DNA of 64,000 bases, taken from contig JBBIUB010000006.1 of the NCBI GenBank assembly GCA_037440465.1, positions 1 through 64,000 on the forward strand, written 5' to 3'. The position numbers were made by a program, and so were the translations under genes. The DNA comes from Coprothermobacterota bacterium (lineage in GTDB: Bacteria; Coprothermobacterota; HKB111). Shown in pieces: positions 40,117-50,891 of this stretch (the first letter of the stretch is position 1; the number at the start of each line of letters is the position of its first letter). The notes beneath the pieces are model-generated. The model worked only from the letters and a program-made list of their open reading frames with translations. It searched no databases and was not told the origin of the DNA.

Positions 40117-40218
40117 AGTTTTTTATAATGATATATTAACGATATCTTTCATCCCGGTTATTTTAGCTATTAATGTTGGATATAAAAGAGATAGTAGTTA
40201 GAAAGGAGGTGAAAAGAT

Positions 40219-41292
40219 ATGAAGAAATTAATTAACAATCCTGAAGATGTGGTGAAAGAGGAATTGGAAGGCGTTGCACTGGCATACCCGGATATGGTTA
40301 AGGTTCACTTTGACCCTAACTTTGTCTATCGTGCTGATGCACCAGTAAAAGGTAAAGTAGCTCTTGTTTCTGGTGGCGGAAGTGGTCATGAACCTATGCA
40401 CGGTGGTTTTGTAGGTGTTGGCATGCTGGACGCTGCTTGCCCAGGTCAGGTCTTTACTTCACCAACTCCCGATCAGATGCTAGAGTCAACCAAGAAGGTC
40501 AATGGTGGAGCTGGGGTGTTATATATAGTTAAAAACTATAGCGGTGACATCATGAACTTTGAAATGGCTGCAGATCTGGCTCGCGCTGAAGGCATCAGAG
40601 TGTTCAGTATTATTATTGACGACGATGTAGCAGTAAAAGATAGCCTTTATACCCAGGGTAGGCGTGGAGTTGGCACTACAGTACTGGCTGAGAAAATCTG
40701 CGGTGCAGCAGCAGAAAAGGGTTATGACCTGAAAAAAGTTGCTGACCTGTGCCGCAAAGTGAACATCAACGGACGAAGTATGGGTATGGCTCTTACATCC
40801 TGTACCGTACCCCTGGCTGGTAAACCTACCTTTGAACTTGGTGAAGATGAGATGGAGATTGGTATTGGCATTCACGGTGAACCAGGTAGTGTAAGGATGA
40901 AGCTAAAAACCGCTGATGAAATTACTGAGATGTTAGCTACCACAATTATTGACGACCCATCATATCATAGAATCTATCGAGAATGGAATGAAGACAAAGG
41001 CGAATGGGTAGATGTTGGAGTTGATAGTCCTCCCTTAAGAGCAGGAGATAATGTTTTAGCTTTTGTAAACAACATGGGTGGAACTGCAGCTGTAGAGCTC
41101 CCTATCATTTATCGAAAACTGCACCAGATTTGTGAAAAGAAGGGATTGAAAATTATCCGTAACCTTATTGGTCCCTATATTACTTCTCTGGAAATGCAGG
41201 GTTGCTCCATAACCCTTCTTAAAATGGACGATGAGTTGATCAAATTGTGGGATGCTCCAGTTAAAACTCCTGGACTTCGTTGGGGGATATAA
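40219..41292 (+). CDS. dhaK: Dihydroxyacetone kinase subunit K
   Basis: [37 protein letters not shown]. Confidence 0.93.
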   Translation: MKKLINNPEDVVKEELEGVALAYPDMVKVHFDPNFVYRADAPVKGKVALVSGGGSGHEPMHGGFVGVGMLDAACPGQVFTSPTPDQMLESTKKVNGGAGVLYIVKNYSGDIMNFEMAADLARAEGIRVFSIIIDDDVAVKDSLYTQGRRGVGTTVLAEKICGAAAEKGYDLKKVADLCRKVNINGRSMGMALTSCTVPLAGKPTFELGEDEMEIGIGIHGEPGSVRMKLKTADEITEMLATTIIDDPSYHRIYREWNEDKGEWVDVGVDSPPLRAGDNVLAFVNNMGGTAAVELPIIYRKLHQICEKKGLKIIRNLIGPYITSLEMQGCSITLLKMDDELIKLWDAPVKTPGLRWGI

Positions 41293-41374
41293 GAAATAAT
41301 GGGATTATATAGGCCTATCTTGAAGGTACATTTGGGTAGGCCTTAATCCCCTTGAAACTGTTGGAGAAGAATTC

Positions 41375-42019
41375 ATGCCTATAACTACAGAAGACATTTT
41401 AGAATATTTTGAAAAAGCAGCGGTTGTATTAAACAAAAATAAGGAATATCTCACAGAGCTTGATTCAGCTATCGGAGATGCTGACCATGGTATCAATATG
41501 GATAGGGGTTTTAGGTCAATTCTAATTAAACTACCCACTGTGAAGGATAAAGACGCTGGGGCTATCCTTAGGACAGCCGGTATGACTCTGGTGTCCAGTG
41601 TAGGTGGGGCAGGTGGTCCGCTTTATGGTACAGCTTTCATGCAAGCTGGAACAGCTCTGTCGGGCAAATATGAGTTGACTGCCAGGGACATCCTGAATGC
41701 ACTGGATGCTGCCCTTGCGGGGGTAATGATGCGTGGAAAGTCTAAACCAGGGGAGAAGACAATGATTGATGCTATAGCCCCAGCAATAGAAGCCATGCGA
41801 AATGCCCTGGAAAATGGAGCTGATTCCCTTGAAGCTTTGGAGAAAGCTACCAATGCCGCTCTTCAAGGAATGAAGAATACCGTACCTATGCTGGCGATGA
41901 AGGGTCGCGCAAGTTATCTGGGTGATAGAAGTATTGGTCATCAAGACCCGGGCGCGACTTCCTCTTACATACTCATCCGTATTATGGCTGAGATGGCGAG
42001 AGATAAAAAAAAATTTTAA
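41375..42019 (+). CDS. dhaL: Dihydroxyacetone kinase subunit L
   Basis: LDSAIGDADHG.NM.RGF, GGAGGPLYG, GEKTMID, KGRASYLG.RSIGHQDPGA. Confidence 0.93.
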   Translation: MPITTEDILEYFEKAAVVLNKNKEYLTELDSAIGDADHGINMDRGFRSILIKLPTVKDKDAGAILRTAGMTLVSSVGGAGGPLYGTAFMQAGTALSGKYELTARDILNALDAALAGVMMRGKSKPGEKTMIDAIAPAIEAMRNALENGADSLEALEKATNAALQGMKNTVPMLAMKGRASYLGDRSIGHQDPGATSSYILIRIMAEMARDKKKF

Positions 42020-42043
42020 ATAAAATTTAAAGGAGGTTTAGAA

Positions 42044-43558
42044 ATGGGTAAGAAATATGTAGCAGCAGTAGATCAGGGAACAACCAGCACTCGCTTCATG
42101 GTTTTTGATCATGGAGGGCAAGTTGTAAGTGTGCATCAGATGGAGCATGAGCAAATTTATCCACAAGCTGGTTGGGTTGAACATAACCCGATGGAAATCT
42201 GGGCACGAACTCAGGATGTTATTAAGGCTGCACTTGAAAAGAATGGAATTGACCCCAATGATATCGCTGCCATTGGTGTAACCAACCAACGCGAGACTAC
42301 TATAGTATGGAATAAACATACTGGCGAACCCTATTACAATGCTATTGTCTGGCAGTGCACCCGTACAAAAGATATCTGTGACAATTTGGCTAAGGATGGT
42401 GGTCAGGATCGCTTCCGGGCTAAAGTAGGCTTACCTCTGGCTACTTACTTCTCTGGACCCAAAATCAAATGGGTTCTGGATAATGTTCCAGGTGTGCGTG
42501 AAGCAGCGGAGAAGGGTGATGCCATATTTGGTAACATTGACACCTTTGAAATTTGGTGGTTGACCGGCGGTCCCAATGGTGGTGCTCATGTAACTGATGT
42601 CTCTAATGCCAGCCGTACCATGTTAATGAACCTGGAGACTCTTGACTGGGACCCAGAAATTTTAAATATTCTGGGTATTCCCCGGAAGATGCTTCCTGCA
42701 GTTCGTCCCTCCAGCGACCCTGCTATTTATGGCTACACCACTAATGATGGTCCATTTGGTGCAGTTATCCCGGTGTGTGGTGACCTGGGTGACCAACAGG
42801 CAGCTCTGGTGGGTCAAACCTGTTTTAGCCCCGGGGAAGCCAAAAATACTTATGGTACAGGTTGCTTCATGCTTCTCAACACAGGCATTAAACCGGTTGC
42901 CAGTAAGAGTGGCCTCCTGACTACATTGGGTTATAAAATGGGTGATGCACCAGCAGTGTACTGCCTGGAGGGCTCCATAGCTATAACTGGAGCATTGGTT
43001 CAATGGTTACGCGATAACCTGAAATTCTTTGAAAAATCGAGTGAAATAGAGCCTTTAGCAAAATCAGTAGAAGATAGCGGCGGTACCTATTTTGTACCAG
43101 CCTTCTCCGGACTGTTTGCACCATACTGGAAGAGTGATGCCCGTGGAGTGATCGTTGGCTTAACCCGTTATGTAACCAGTGCTCACATTGCCCGAGCTGC
43201 TCTGGAGGCTACAGCTTTTCAGACCCGTGAGGTTTTAGATGCAATGGAGAAGGATTCAGGTGTTAAATTAGCTGCTCTTAAAGTGGATGGTGGTATGGTC
43301 TTTAATGAACTTCTAATGCAGTTCCAGTCAGATGTATTAAATGTGCCTGTGGTTCGTCCAACAGTTGCTGAAACCACTGCCCTGGGTGCTGCTTATGCTG
43401 CTGGTCTGGCTGTTGGTTTCTGGGATAATCTGGAAGATTTAAGAAAGAACTGGGGTATAGACAAGACCTGGAAACCTGTAATGGATGCTGAAACCCGCAA
43501 TAAGCTATACAAGGGTTGGCTTAAGGCTGTTGAGCGCACCTTCAACTGGGTGGAATAG
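42044..43558 (+). CDS. glpK: Glycerol kinase
   Basis: [53 protein letters not shown]. Confidence 0.95.
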   Translation: MGKKYVAAVDQGTTSTRFMVFDHGGQVVSVHQMEHEQIYPQAGWVEHNPMEIWARTQDVIKAALEKNGIDPNDIAAIGVTNQRETTIVWNKHTGEPYYNAIVWQCTRTKDICDNLAKDGGQDRFRAKVGLPLATYFSGPKIKWVLDNVPGVREAAEKGDAIFGNIDTFEIWWLTGGPNGGAHVTDVSNASRTMLMNLETLDWDPEILNILGIPRKMLPAVRPSSDPAIYGYTTNDGPFGAVIPVCGDLGDQQAALVGQTCFSPGEAKNTYGTGCFMLLNTGIKPVASKSGLLTTLGYKMGDAPAVYCLEGSIAITGALVQWLRDNLKFFEKSSEIEPLAKSVEDSGGTYFVPAFSGLFAPYWKSDARGVIVGLTRYVTSAHIARAALEATAFQTREVLDAMEKDSGVKLAALKVDGGMVFNELLMQFQSDVLNVPVVRPTVAETTALGAAYAAGLAVGFWDNLEDLRKNWGIDKTWKPVMDAETRNKLYKGWLKAVERTFNWVE

Positions 43559-43595
43559 GATAAGGCGAGACTTGATTTAGTTCTTAAAATGATGA

Positions 43596-43632
43596 AGAGG
43601 GGGAGACTTCCAACCAGGGAGTCTTCCCCTCT
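43596..43632 (+). terminator. Hairpin after glpK
   Basis: AGAGGGGGAGACTTCC / GGGAGTCTTCCCCTCT imperfect stem, weak U tract. Confidence 0.55.
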
Positions 43633-43687
43633 AATAATATGTAATAAGCTTTAGTATAATTAAATAAAAAATAAAGAGAGACCTGAA

Positions 43688-45181
43688 ATGACAAATCGAA
43701 ATTACGATATTATCATCATTGGTGCTGGAGTAGTGGGTTGTATGATTGCCCGCTTCCTTTCCCGATACGATTTAAATATCCTCCTTATTGATAAAGAGGC
43801 AGATGTTGGTACAGGTGCTTCATCAGCCAATACTGCCATAGTCCATGCTGGTTATGACCCTGTACCTGGAAGTTTGAAAGCAACTATGAATATAGCTGGA
43901 AATAAAATGTGGGATACTCTGGCAGGCGAACTGAACTTTCCTTTTGAGCGCAGGGGAGATTATGTGGTGGCAATTGGTGATAAAGAGCTACCCAAACTTG
44001 AAGAGCTTAGAAAGCAGGGTATTAAGAATGGTGTCCCGGGCATGATGATGCTCTCTGGCGAGGAAGTCCGCCGTCGTGAGCCTAATATTAACCCAGAGGT
44101 GAGTGGTGCTCTATGGGCATCCACCGGTGGAATTTGTGACCCCTTTGCAGTTGTATTAGCTGCTGCCGAGAATGCGGTGATGAACGGTGTTACACTGATG
44201 CTTGAGACAGCTTTTGAGGACTTTATTATGGAAGGCAAGCGTATTATGGGGATTAAGACGAACCGTGGTATTTTCAGCTGTCGCTGGGTAATAAATGCTG
44301 CCGGGCTTTATTCTGATGAGGTTATGCATAAAGCAGGTGTTCGCCCTGAATTCAAAATCAACCCACGAAAGGGGGAGTACTATGTTTTTGACCGTGCTGA
44401 AATTACCATCAATAATGTACTGTTTCCTGTGCCTACCCCTGTTACCAAGGGTATTCTGGTTACGACAACTGTCCATGGCAATACCATAATTGGTCCTAAC
44501 GCTCAAGATATCCAAAACAAAGATGACTTTTCAGTCACTAAAGATGGTTTGGATGAAGTTTTTCAAGGAGCTCTTAAATTAATTCCAAGTTTAAATCTAA
44601 AACACGTTATAGCCTTCTTTGCCGGAGTGCGACCTGCAGGTAATGCGAGCTGCCTAACTCCCGGAATTAATTATCGTGCTGATTATGTAATTGAGATACC
44701 CGAGGTTATTCAAGGCTTTGTTAATCTGGGTGGTATTGAATCACCTGGCTTAACCTCTGCTCCTGCTATTGCCCAGCGGGTGATAGAGCTATTAATAGAT
44801 GCAGGCGAAAATCTGATGGAGAAAAAGGATTGGAACCCCATTCGTACTGCTCGACCCTGTTTCCGGGACTTATCAAAAGAAGAGCAGAAGATTTTAATAC
44901 AAAATAACCCTCTCTTCGGGAGAATTGTCTGTCGTTGTGAAACAGTAACCGAAGCGGAATTAGTGGCTGAAATTCACTCACCTGTTCCAGCTCGTACTTA
45001 TGATGCCCTTAAAAGGCGCACCTGGTTGGGTACGGGACGCTGTCAGGGTGGTTTTGATACACCCCGAGTAGTGGAGATCATGGCTCGTGAATTGAGCATT
45101 CCGCTGGAACAAATTTCCAAAAAGGGGTCCAATTCGAATTTCCTGATAAGACGCACCAAGGAGGTCTCTGATGGCAATTAA
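43688..45181 (+). CDS. FAD-dependent glycerol-3-phosphate dehydrogenase large subunit with BFD-like [2Fe-2S] domain
   Basis: GAGVVG, AN.AIVHAGYD, GIESPGLTSAPAI, CRCE, GRCQGGF. Follows glpK. Confidence 0.85.
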   Translation: MTNRNYDIIIIGAGVVGCMIARFLSRYDLNILLIDKEADVGTGASSANTAIVHAGYDPVPGSLKATMNIAGNKMWDTLAGELNFPFERRGDYVVAIGDKELPKLEELRKQGIKNGVPGMMMLSGEEVRRREPNINPEVSGALWASTGGICDPFAVVLAAAENAVMNGVTLMLETAFEDFIMEGKRIMGIKTNRGIFSCRWVINAAGLYSDEVMHKAGVRPEFKINPRKGEYYVFDRAEITINNVLFPVPTPVTKGILVTTTVHGNTIIGPNAQDIQNKDDFSVTKDGLDEVFQGALKLIPSLNLKHVIAFFAGVRPAGNASCLTPGINYRADYVIEIPEVIQGFVNLGGIESPGLTSAPAIAQRVIELLIDAGENLMEKKDWNPIRTARPCFRDLSKEEQKILIQNNPLFGRIVCRCETVTEAELVAEIHSPVPARTYDALKRRTWLGTGRCQGGFDTPRVVEIMARELSIPLEQISKKGSNSNFLIRRTKEVSDGN

Positions 45182-46448
45182 GAATAAATACGATGTAGTT
45201 ATCATTGGTAGCGGACCCGGGGGATTAGCTGCAGCCATAGCAGCTAAAAAGGAAGGAGCCCAGGATGTTCTCATAATAGAAAGAGATAAAGAACTTGGAG
45301 GAATTCTGGTTCAATGTATTCATAATGGTTTTGGAGTGGAGATTTTTAAGGAAGACCTTCCCGGTCCTGCTTATGCTCAGAGGTTTATTGAAGAAGCACT
45401 ATCTTCAGGAGTCGAAATTCTTGTTGATACTATGGTTCTGGACATCACTCCTTCCCGTCGTCTTTATACTATCAGTAAATGGAGTGGATTTGTAGAATTA
45501 GATGCCCGGGCTATAGTGCTCTCTATGGGTTGTAGAGAACGAACTCGTGCTCAAATACGCCTTCCAGGGACCCGTCCAGTTGGGGTGTTCACTGCAGGGA
45601 CTGCACAAAGGTTTGTAAATGTGGAAGGGTATATGCCCGGTAATCGTTTTGTTATCCTAGGTTCGGGCGATATCGGAATGATTATGGCACGAAGATTGAC
45701 CCTTGAGGGAGCAAAGGTTGAGCGGGTTCTGGAAATAATGCCCTTTTTAACAGGATTAACTCGTAACTATGTACAGTGCCTCCTGGACTATAATATTCCC
45801 TTACAACTCAGCCACACCATTACCAATATTCTTGGTAACCGGAGAGTAGAAGCCATTGAGGCAGTACAGGTAGATGATAAATGGCAACCCATTATTGGCA
45901 CGAAAGAAATCATCCCCTGTGACACTCTTCTTCTTTCTGTGGGATTGATACCAGAAAATGAACTTTCTAAGAAAGCAGGAGTACATCTAGATCCAGTAAC
46001 CGGTGGGCCCTTTGTGGATGAAGGAATGCAAACAAGTGTGCCTGGTATTTTTGCTGCAGGTAATGTGGTTCATGTCTATGACCTGGTGGACTGGGTGACA
46101 GAAGCGGGTTATTTAGCTGGTAAAAGCGCAGCAAGGTATGCTATTGCAGAGAGAAAGCGTCAGTCTGAGCAGGTAAGATTACAACCCGGAGATAATATCC
46201 GCTACATTGTGCCACACATAATGAATAAAGAGAGCCTGACTGAGTCAGATCAACAACTAAAAATGCGTGTTATCCAGCCTGTTGAGAGTAGGGTTTGGGT
46301 GGAAGTATTAAATGGTGAAAATCTGGTGACCCGGAAATCTCAGCGTTATGTTCGTCCTGGAGAAATGGTAACCTTAGACATCCCACAAAAGGTCTATGAT
46401 GATATTCAAGAAACTGATACTCTTACTGTAAGAGTGGTTAAGCGTTAA
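45171..46448 (+). CDS. NAD(P)/FAD-dependent oxidoreductase (partner subunit)
   Basis: GSGPGG, GGIL.QCIHNGFG, GCRERTR, GSGDIG, GNV.HV.DLVD. Confidence 0.85.
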   Translation: MAIKNKYDVVIIGSGPGGLAAAIAAKKEGAQDVLIIERDKELGGILVQCIHNGFGVEIFKEDLPGPAYAQRFIEEALSSGVEILVDTMVLDITPSRRLYTISKWSGFVELDARAIVLSMGCRERTRAQIRLPGTRPVGVFTAGTAQRFVNVEGYMPGNRFVILGSGDIGMIMARRLTLEGAKVERVLEIMPFLTGLTRNYVQCLLDYNIPLQLSHTITNILGNRRVEAIEAVQVDDKWQPIIGTKEIIPCDTLLLSVGLIPENELSKKAGVHLDPVTGGPFVDEGMQTSVPGIFAAGNVVHVYDLVDWVTEAGYLAGKSAARYAIAERKRQSEQVRLQPGDNIRYIVPHIMNKESLTESDQQLKMRVIQPVESRVWVEVLNGENLVTRKSQRYVRPGEMVTLDIPQKVYDDIQETDTLTVRVVKR

Positions 46449-46460
46449 AGGAGGAATACT

Positions 46461-46877
46461 ATGGCTGAAGAATTGATAAAATTAATATGTATTGCTTGTC
46501 CAGTTGGTTGCGCATTAGAGGTCACTCATGAGGAAAAGACCATAGTTAAATTAGAAGGTAATCAATGTAAAATAGGTATAGAGTATGCTAATACTGAGCT
46601 TACTGACCCAAGACGCATGGTTACCACTACGGTTAAGGTTAAGGGCGGAATTCACCCGCTTTTGCCCGTCTATACTACTGCTCCTATTCCTAAGAACCTG
46701 ATTTTTAATTTGATGGATGAACTACGAAAGAAAGAGGTTCAGGCACCAATACTACTTGGGCAGATTGTGTTGGAAAATGCTCTGGGTACAGGGGTAAATA
46801 TTGCAGCCAGCAGAGATTTACCCGAAAAATTCTTATATGAAAAATCAATTGAATTTACAAATAATAAAACACCATGA
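46461..46877 (+). CDS. CxxC-motif small protein (DUF1667-like)
   Basis: CIACPVGC, GNQC..G..YA..E.TDPRR..TTTV. Confidence 0.85.
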   Translation: MAEELIKLICIACPVGCALEVTHEEKTIVKLEGNQCKIGIEYANTELTDPRRMVTTTVKVKGGIHPLLPVYTTAPIPKNLIFNLMDELRKKEVQAPILLGQIVLENALGTGVNIAASRDLPEKFLYEKSIEFTNNKTP

Positions 46878-47149
46878 GCAAAACTAATAAACAGCAAAGG
46901 AATACCTCTCTGAAACCTGAAGCTCAACAAGAACCAGAAAAAGAAAAGGGAAAAGAGAAATACGCCTGGATGCCTTTCTGGGGATGGGTATTACTGTTTC
47001 TGGTGCCTCTAATTATGAGTTTATTCATGTTTTATATGGCTGGTAGATGGTTCAGTATGATTCTATTTCCCATAGCTTGGGTGGGTTTCTGGGTTATTAC
47101 AATCTTGCGGTCGGGCTCAACAATTTTCAAGAAGCGCGAGAAAAAGTAA
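46874..47149 (+). CDS. Small two-TM membrane protein
   Basis: ATGA overlap with the previous gene, two Trp-rich hydrophobic helices. Confidence 0.55.
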   Translation: MSKTNKQQRNTSLKPEAQQEPEKEKGKEKYAWMPFWGWVLLFLVPLIMSLFMFYMAGRWFSMILFPIAWVGFWVITILRSGSTIFKKREKK

Positions 47150-47195
47150 ATTCGTGGTGGTTGATACTCATTGATTTGTGTGTGGTGAGGCTGGG

Positions 47196-49685
47196 TTGGT
47201 AGGCATCTTAATAGTAGCCCATAGTAATGAGCTGGCTGAAGGTGTCTGCGCAGTTGCCAGCCAGGTGACTGCTGGAAAAAAACTACCCATTGCAGCTGCA
47301 GGAGGGTTGGAAGATGGCAGTCTGGGTACAAGTCTTTATAGAATTCAGCAGGCTCTTGATACAGTGTATAGTGATGATGGTGTCCTGGTTTTAATGGATC
47401 TGGGAAGTGCAGTAATGACTACTCAGATGTTGTTAGAGATGCTATCTCCCGAACAACAGAGCCATATAAGATTGAGCAGTGCTCCTCTGGTGGAAGGTGC
47501 CATAGCTGCAGCGGTGATGGCTTCTCAGGGTGGCGACCTGAATCAAGTGCAACAAGCAGCCGAAACAGCAATGGAATTTCCTAAAATTCCTCAGGAGATA
47601 CTGTTAGAACCTTCTGAACCTGAACCTTCTAAAACAAAGCCTGATGTTTTCACCCCACCAAAAGGACCTGTGTTCACAGAAGATTTAGTTGTTCCTAATC
47701 CCGTTGGTCTTCACGCCCGACCTGCAGCATTGTTTGTACAGACAGCTTCCCAATTCTCAGCACGTATTACAGTACAGAATATAACTCAAAACCGTCAATC
47801 AGTGGATGCTAAAAGTATGATGCAGGTAGCCAGTCAGGGCACAGCCCGGCAAGGGGAGACTATCCGAATTGTAACTCATGGTGAAGATGCTGGGGAAGCA
47901 ATGGCTGCTTTAAGGATTTTAGTAGAAGAAGGCTTTGGTGAAATGGGAAAACAACCTTCAATTATCCCCAAACAACTGCAGGGGTTAGGTGTTTCAGAAG
48001 GATTTGTAGTTGCCCCTGTTTTTGTCTACCGACGAACAATCCCAAAAGTTGAGCGATTTGTTGTGGAAAACATTCAGGCTGAGATAGAGCGTTTCCGAAA
48101 TGCTATAAATGTTGCGAGCCAGGAGGTTAACCAGGTTAAACAGCAGATATCTACCAGCGTTGATGAAGAGACAGGTCGTATCTTTGATTTCCATCTCTTG
48201 ATGTTGCAAGATGGTGAATTGATAAAAGCTATTGAAGATAAAATATCAGGTGAGAATTTTAATGCTGAAGTAGCAGTCAGTAGCGTCTTTGATGAGTGGG
48301 TATATCGTTTTGAGGGATTAGATAGTCCCTTGATGCGTGCTCGGGCTGTTGATGTTAAAGATGTAAAGAATCGGTTGTTGTATGTTCTTACTGGCGTTAG
48401 AGAATTGGATTTATCTTCATTACCCGACTCGGTTATTCTGGTGGCTGATGATTTAGTGCCTTCTGAGACTGCCACGATTGATATAATAAAGGTAAGGGGA
48501 TTTGCCACCTCATCTGGTGGTGCAACTTCACATACAGCGATAATTGCCCGAATGTTAGGCATACCAGCGGTAGTTGGTTTAGGAGAAGACATTCTAAATA
48601 TATCAAATGGAACAATGTTAGCATTGGATGGCAAGAAGGGGCAGTTAGAAATTGACCCCTCTCCTGAAATGATTAATACCTACCGTGAGCAGCAAAAAAC
48701 ACTAATAGAGATTCAGGAAAAAGCCCTTGAGTATGCTTCAGAACCTGCTGTAACTCGTGATGGGAAGCGTATCGAAGTGGTGGCGAATATTGGTGATGTG
48801 CCATCAGCTCAGGAGGCTATTTTATATGGTGCAGAAGGAGTAGGTTTACTAAGAACGGAATTCTTATTTCTGGGAAGGACAACCTTGCCAGATGAAGAAG
48901 AGCAATTCAAGGCTTATAGCGATATTGTTAGAGTTATAGGTCAGAGACCATTGATTGTCCGAACCCTGGATGTAGGTGGAGATAAACAATTACCCTATCT
49001 TGATATTGGACCCGAGTTAAACCCTTTTCTGGGAGTAAGAGCTATTCGCCTTTGCCTGGAAAAACCTGGTATTTTTCAGACTCAATTACGGGCAATTCTA
49101 CGGGTTAGTGTGGGGCATAACGTAAAAGTGATGTTTCCTATGGTAGCTACTCGTGACGAAATCATCCAAGCTAAGGAAGCTATAAACCAAGCAAAACTTG
49201 ACTTATCTATGGCTAATATTCCTTATGCTGATTTAATTGAAGTGGGTATAATGATTGAGACACCAGCAGCAGCTATTAAGGCTGATATCTTAGCACCAGA
49301 AGTTGATTTCTTCAGTATTGGTTCCAATGATTTAACCCAGTATACATTGGCAGTTGACAGGGGAAATAAGAGAGTGGACTACCTTTATAATCCACTGGAC
49401 CCTTCTGTATTGAAGTTGATACATCTGGTTGTTAAGGCAGGGCACTCTGCCAGTAAATGGGTTGGGGTGTGTGGTGAAATGGCAGGGCAATATAATGCCA
49501 TCCCAATTCTATTAGGTTTGGGAGTGGATGAGCTCAGCATGACCCCGAGAGATATCCCTGTTACAAAACAATTAATTCGCCTACTGGAATTCAAACAGGC
49601 GAAAACTCTTTCTGAAAAAGTGTTAACACTTAGAAGTGCTAAAGAAGTAGAAGATCATGTTAATAAATTTCTTAATAAATTCTAA
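47196..49685 (+). CDS. DhaM(EIIA)-HPr-Enzyme I multidomain PTS phosphotransferase
   Basis: MVGILIVAHS and MDLGSA (DhaM), GLHARPA (HPr), TSHTAI, GVGLLRTEF, RTLDVGGDK, SIGSNDLTQY, VCGEMAG (EI). TTG start at 47196. Confidence 0.9.
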   Translation: MVGILIVAHSNELAEGVCAVASQVTAGKKLPIAAAGGLEDGSLGTSLYRIQQALDTVYSDDGVLVLMDLGSAVMTTQMLLEMLSPEQQSHIRLSSAPLVEGAIAAAVMASQGGDLNQVQQAAETAMEFPKIPQEILLEPSEPEPSKTKPDVFTPPKGPVFTEDLVVPNPVGLHARPAALFVQTASQFSARITVQNITQNRQSVDAKSMMQVASQGTARQGETIRIVTHGEDAGEAMAALRILVEEGFGEMGKQPSIIPKQLQGLGVSEGFVVAPVFVYRRTIPKVERFVVENIQAEIERFRNAINVASQEVNQVKQQISTSVDEETGRIFDFHLLMLQDGELIKAIEDKISGENFNAEVAVSSVFDEWVYRFEGLDSPLMRARAVDVKDVKNRLLYVLTGVRELDLSSLPDSVILVADDLVPSETATIDIIKVRGFATSSGGATSHTAIIARMLGIPAVVGLGEDILNISNGTMLALDGKKGQLEIDPSPEMINTYREQQKTLIEIQEKALEYASEPAVTRDGKRIEVVANIGDVPSAQEAILYGAEGVGLLRTEFLFLGRTTLPDEEEQFKAYSDIVRVIGQRPLIVRTLDVGGDKQLPYLDIGPELNPFLGVRAIRLCLEKPGIFQTQLRAILRVSVGHNVKVMFPMVATRDEIIQAKEAINQAKLDLSMANIPYADLIEVGIMIETPAAAIKADILAPEVDFFSIGSNDLTQYTLAVDRGNKRVDYLYNPLDPSVLKLIHLVVKAGHSASKWVGVCGEMAGQYNAIPILLGLGVDELSMTPRDIPVTKQLIRLLEFKQAKTLSEKVLTLRSAKEVEDHVNKFLNKF

Positions 49686-49715
49686 TTAAATGAAGATAAA
49701 AAAGGAGGGATAAAA

Positions 49716-50240
49716 ATGTCATTAAAAGGTAAGAAAATAGCCATACTTATAGAGAAAACTTATGAGGATGCGGAAGCAGTATATCCGTATTTCAGATTGA
49801 TAGAAGAAGGAGCTGATGTATTTCTGGTAGGTCCACATAAAGATACGGTATATAATGGCAAGTGGGGATACCCTTTAAAGTCAGACCTTTCCATAGAAGA
49901 GATAAAGGCAGAAGATTTTGATGGCGTCATAGTGCCAGGTGGTTATGCTCCGGATTTACTTAGGCGGTATGATTATGTCTTGAAATTCGTGGCTGATATC
50001 TTCAATCAGGGAAAGTTGGTAGCTTCCATTTGTCATGGACCATGGGTACTTATTTCAGCAAAGATTCTAAAAGATAAGAAAGTTACCTGCACCAAAGCCA
50101 TTAAAGATGATGTTATTAATGCTGGTGCTATTTATTCCGATGAAGAAGTGGTGCGTGATGGAAATTTGGTTACATCACGATTTCCGTTAGACCTTCCAGC
50201 TTTTATGAAAACAATTATTGAGGTGCTTGAAGTTCAGTAG
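49716..50240 (+). CDS. DJ-1/PfpI family protease/deglycase
   Basis: YED.E..YP, VPGGYAPD.LR, SICHGPW, DGNLVTSR.P.DLP. Confidence 0.9.
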   Translation: MSLKGKKIAILIEKTYEDAEAVYPYFRLIEEGADVFLVGPHKDTVYNGKWGYPLKSDLSIEEIKAEDFDGVIVPGGYAPDLLRRYDYVLKFVADIFNQGKLVASICHGPWVLISAKILKDKKVTCTKAIKDDVINAGAIYSDEEVVRDGNLVTSRFPLDLPAFMKTIIEVLEVQ

Positions 50241-50322
50241 TCAGAAGTCAGCCTTCCACCTCTAACACACCCCCTTTATCCCCAAACTTCCCTCTAATAA
50301 GCATCCTCTGACTCTTGATAAT

Positions 50323-50352
50323 TACTGCAACCTTTTAAGAAAAATCCCCGTA
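50323..50352 (+). promoter_or_regulatory. Putative ECF promoter of the pspC operon
   Basis: TACTGCAAC-N17-CGTA, SigW-like. Same architecture at 52697-52726. Confidence 0.65.
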
Positions 50353-50390
50353 TATTAATTAGAATGTAAAATTTATTTGGAGGATGCAGA

Positions 50391-50882
50391 ATGGAAAAAC
50401 GGCTTTACCGAAGTAGAAAAGAAAGACTCCTTTTAGGAGTATGCGGAGGAATTGCAGAGTATCTCGCCCTAGACCCCACCCTGGTTCGTCTGGTTTTTAT
50501 TCTCCTTATCTTTGCTACAGGACCACTCTTACCAATTTTTTATCTGGTGGCAGCTTTAATCATACCTGAGGTACCCTTAGTAGAGAAGGTGGTAGTTAAA
50601 AAAGATGTGGGTTTAGAAGAAAAATTGGAAAATGTAGTTGAAGATTTAGTAAGTGGAATAACAGGAGAAGAAACAGATAAGAAAGAGGAAACAGACCGAA
50701 AACCCCTTTTACCAACTAAAAGTAGAAGAAGCCGAACTCAGGAACTCTGGGGATGGATTCTCCTGGGTTTGGGTGTTACATTTTTTCTTTCTAACCTTGG
50801 TTGGAACTTTTTTCCAGCGAGGATTTTTGTCCCTGCATTTTTAGTGTTTTTGGGGATTCTACTTTTATTCAGGTGGAAATAG
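50391..50882 (+). CDS. PspC domain membrane protein
   Basis: KRLYRSR...LLGVCGGIAEY..LDPTLVRL, plus two C-terminal TMs. Confidence 0.88.
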   Translation: MEKRLYRSRKERLLLGVCGGIAEYLALDPTLVRLVFILLIFATGPLLPIFYLVAALIIPEVPLVEKVVVKKDVGLEEKLENVVEDLVSGITGEETDKKEETDRKPLLPTKSRRSRTQELWGWILLGLGVTFFLSNLGWNFFPARIFVPAFLVFLGILLLFRWK

Positions 50883-50891
50883 GAGGTAAAT

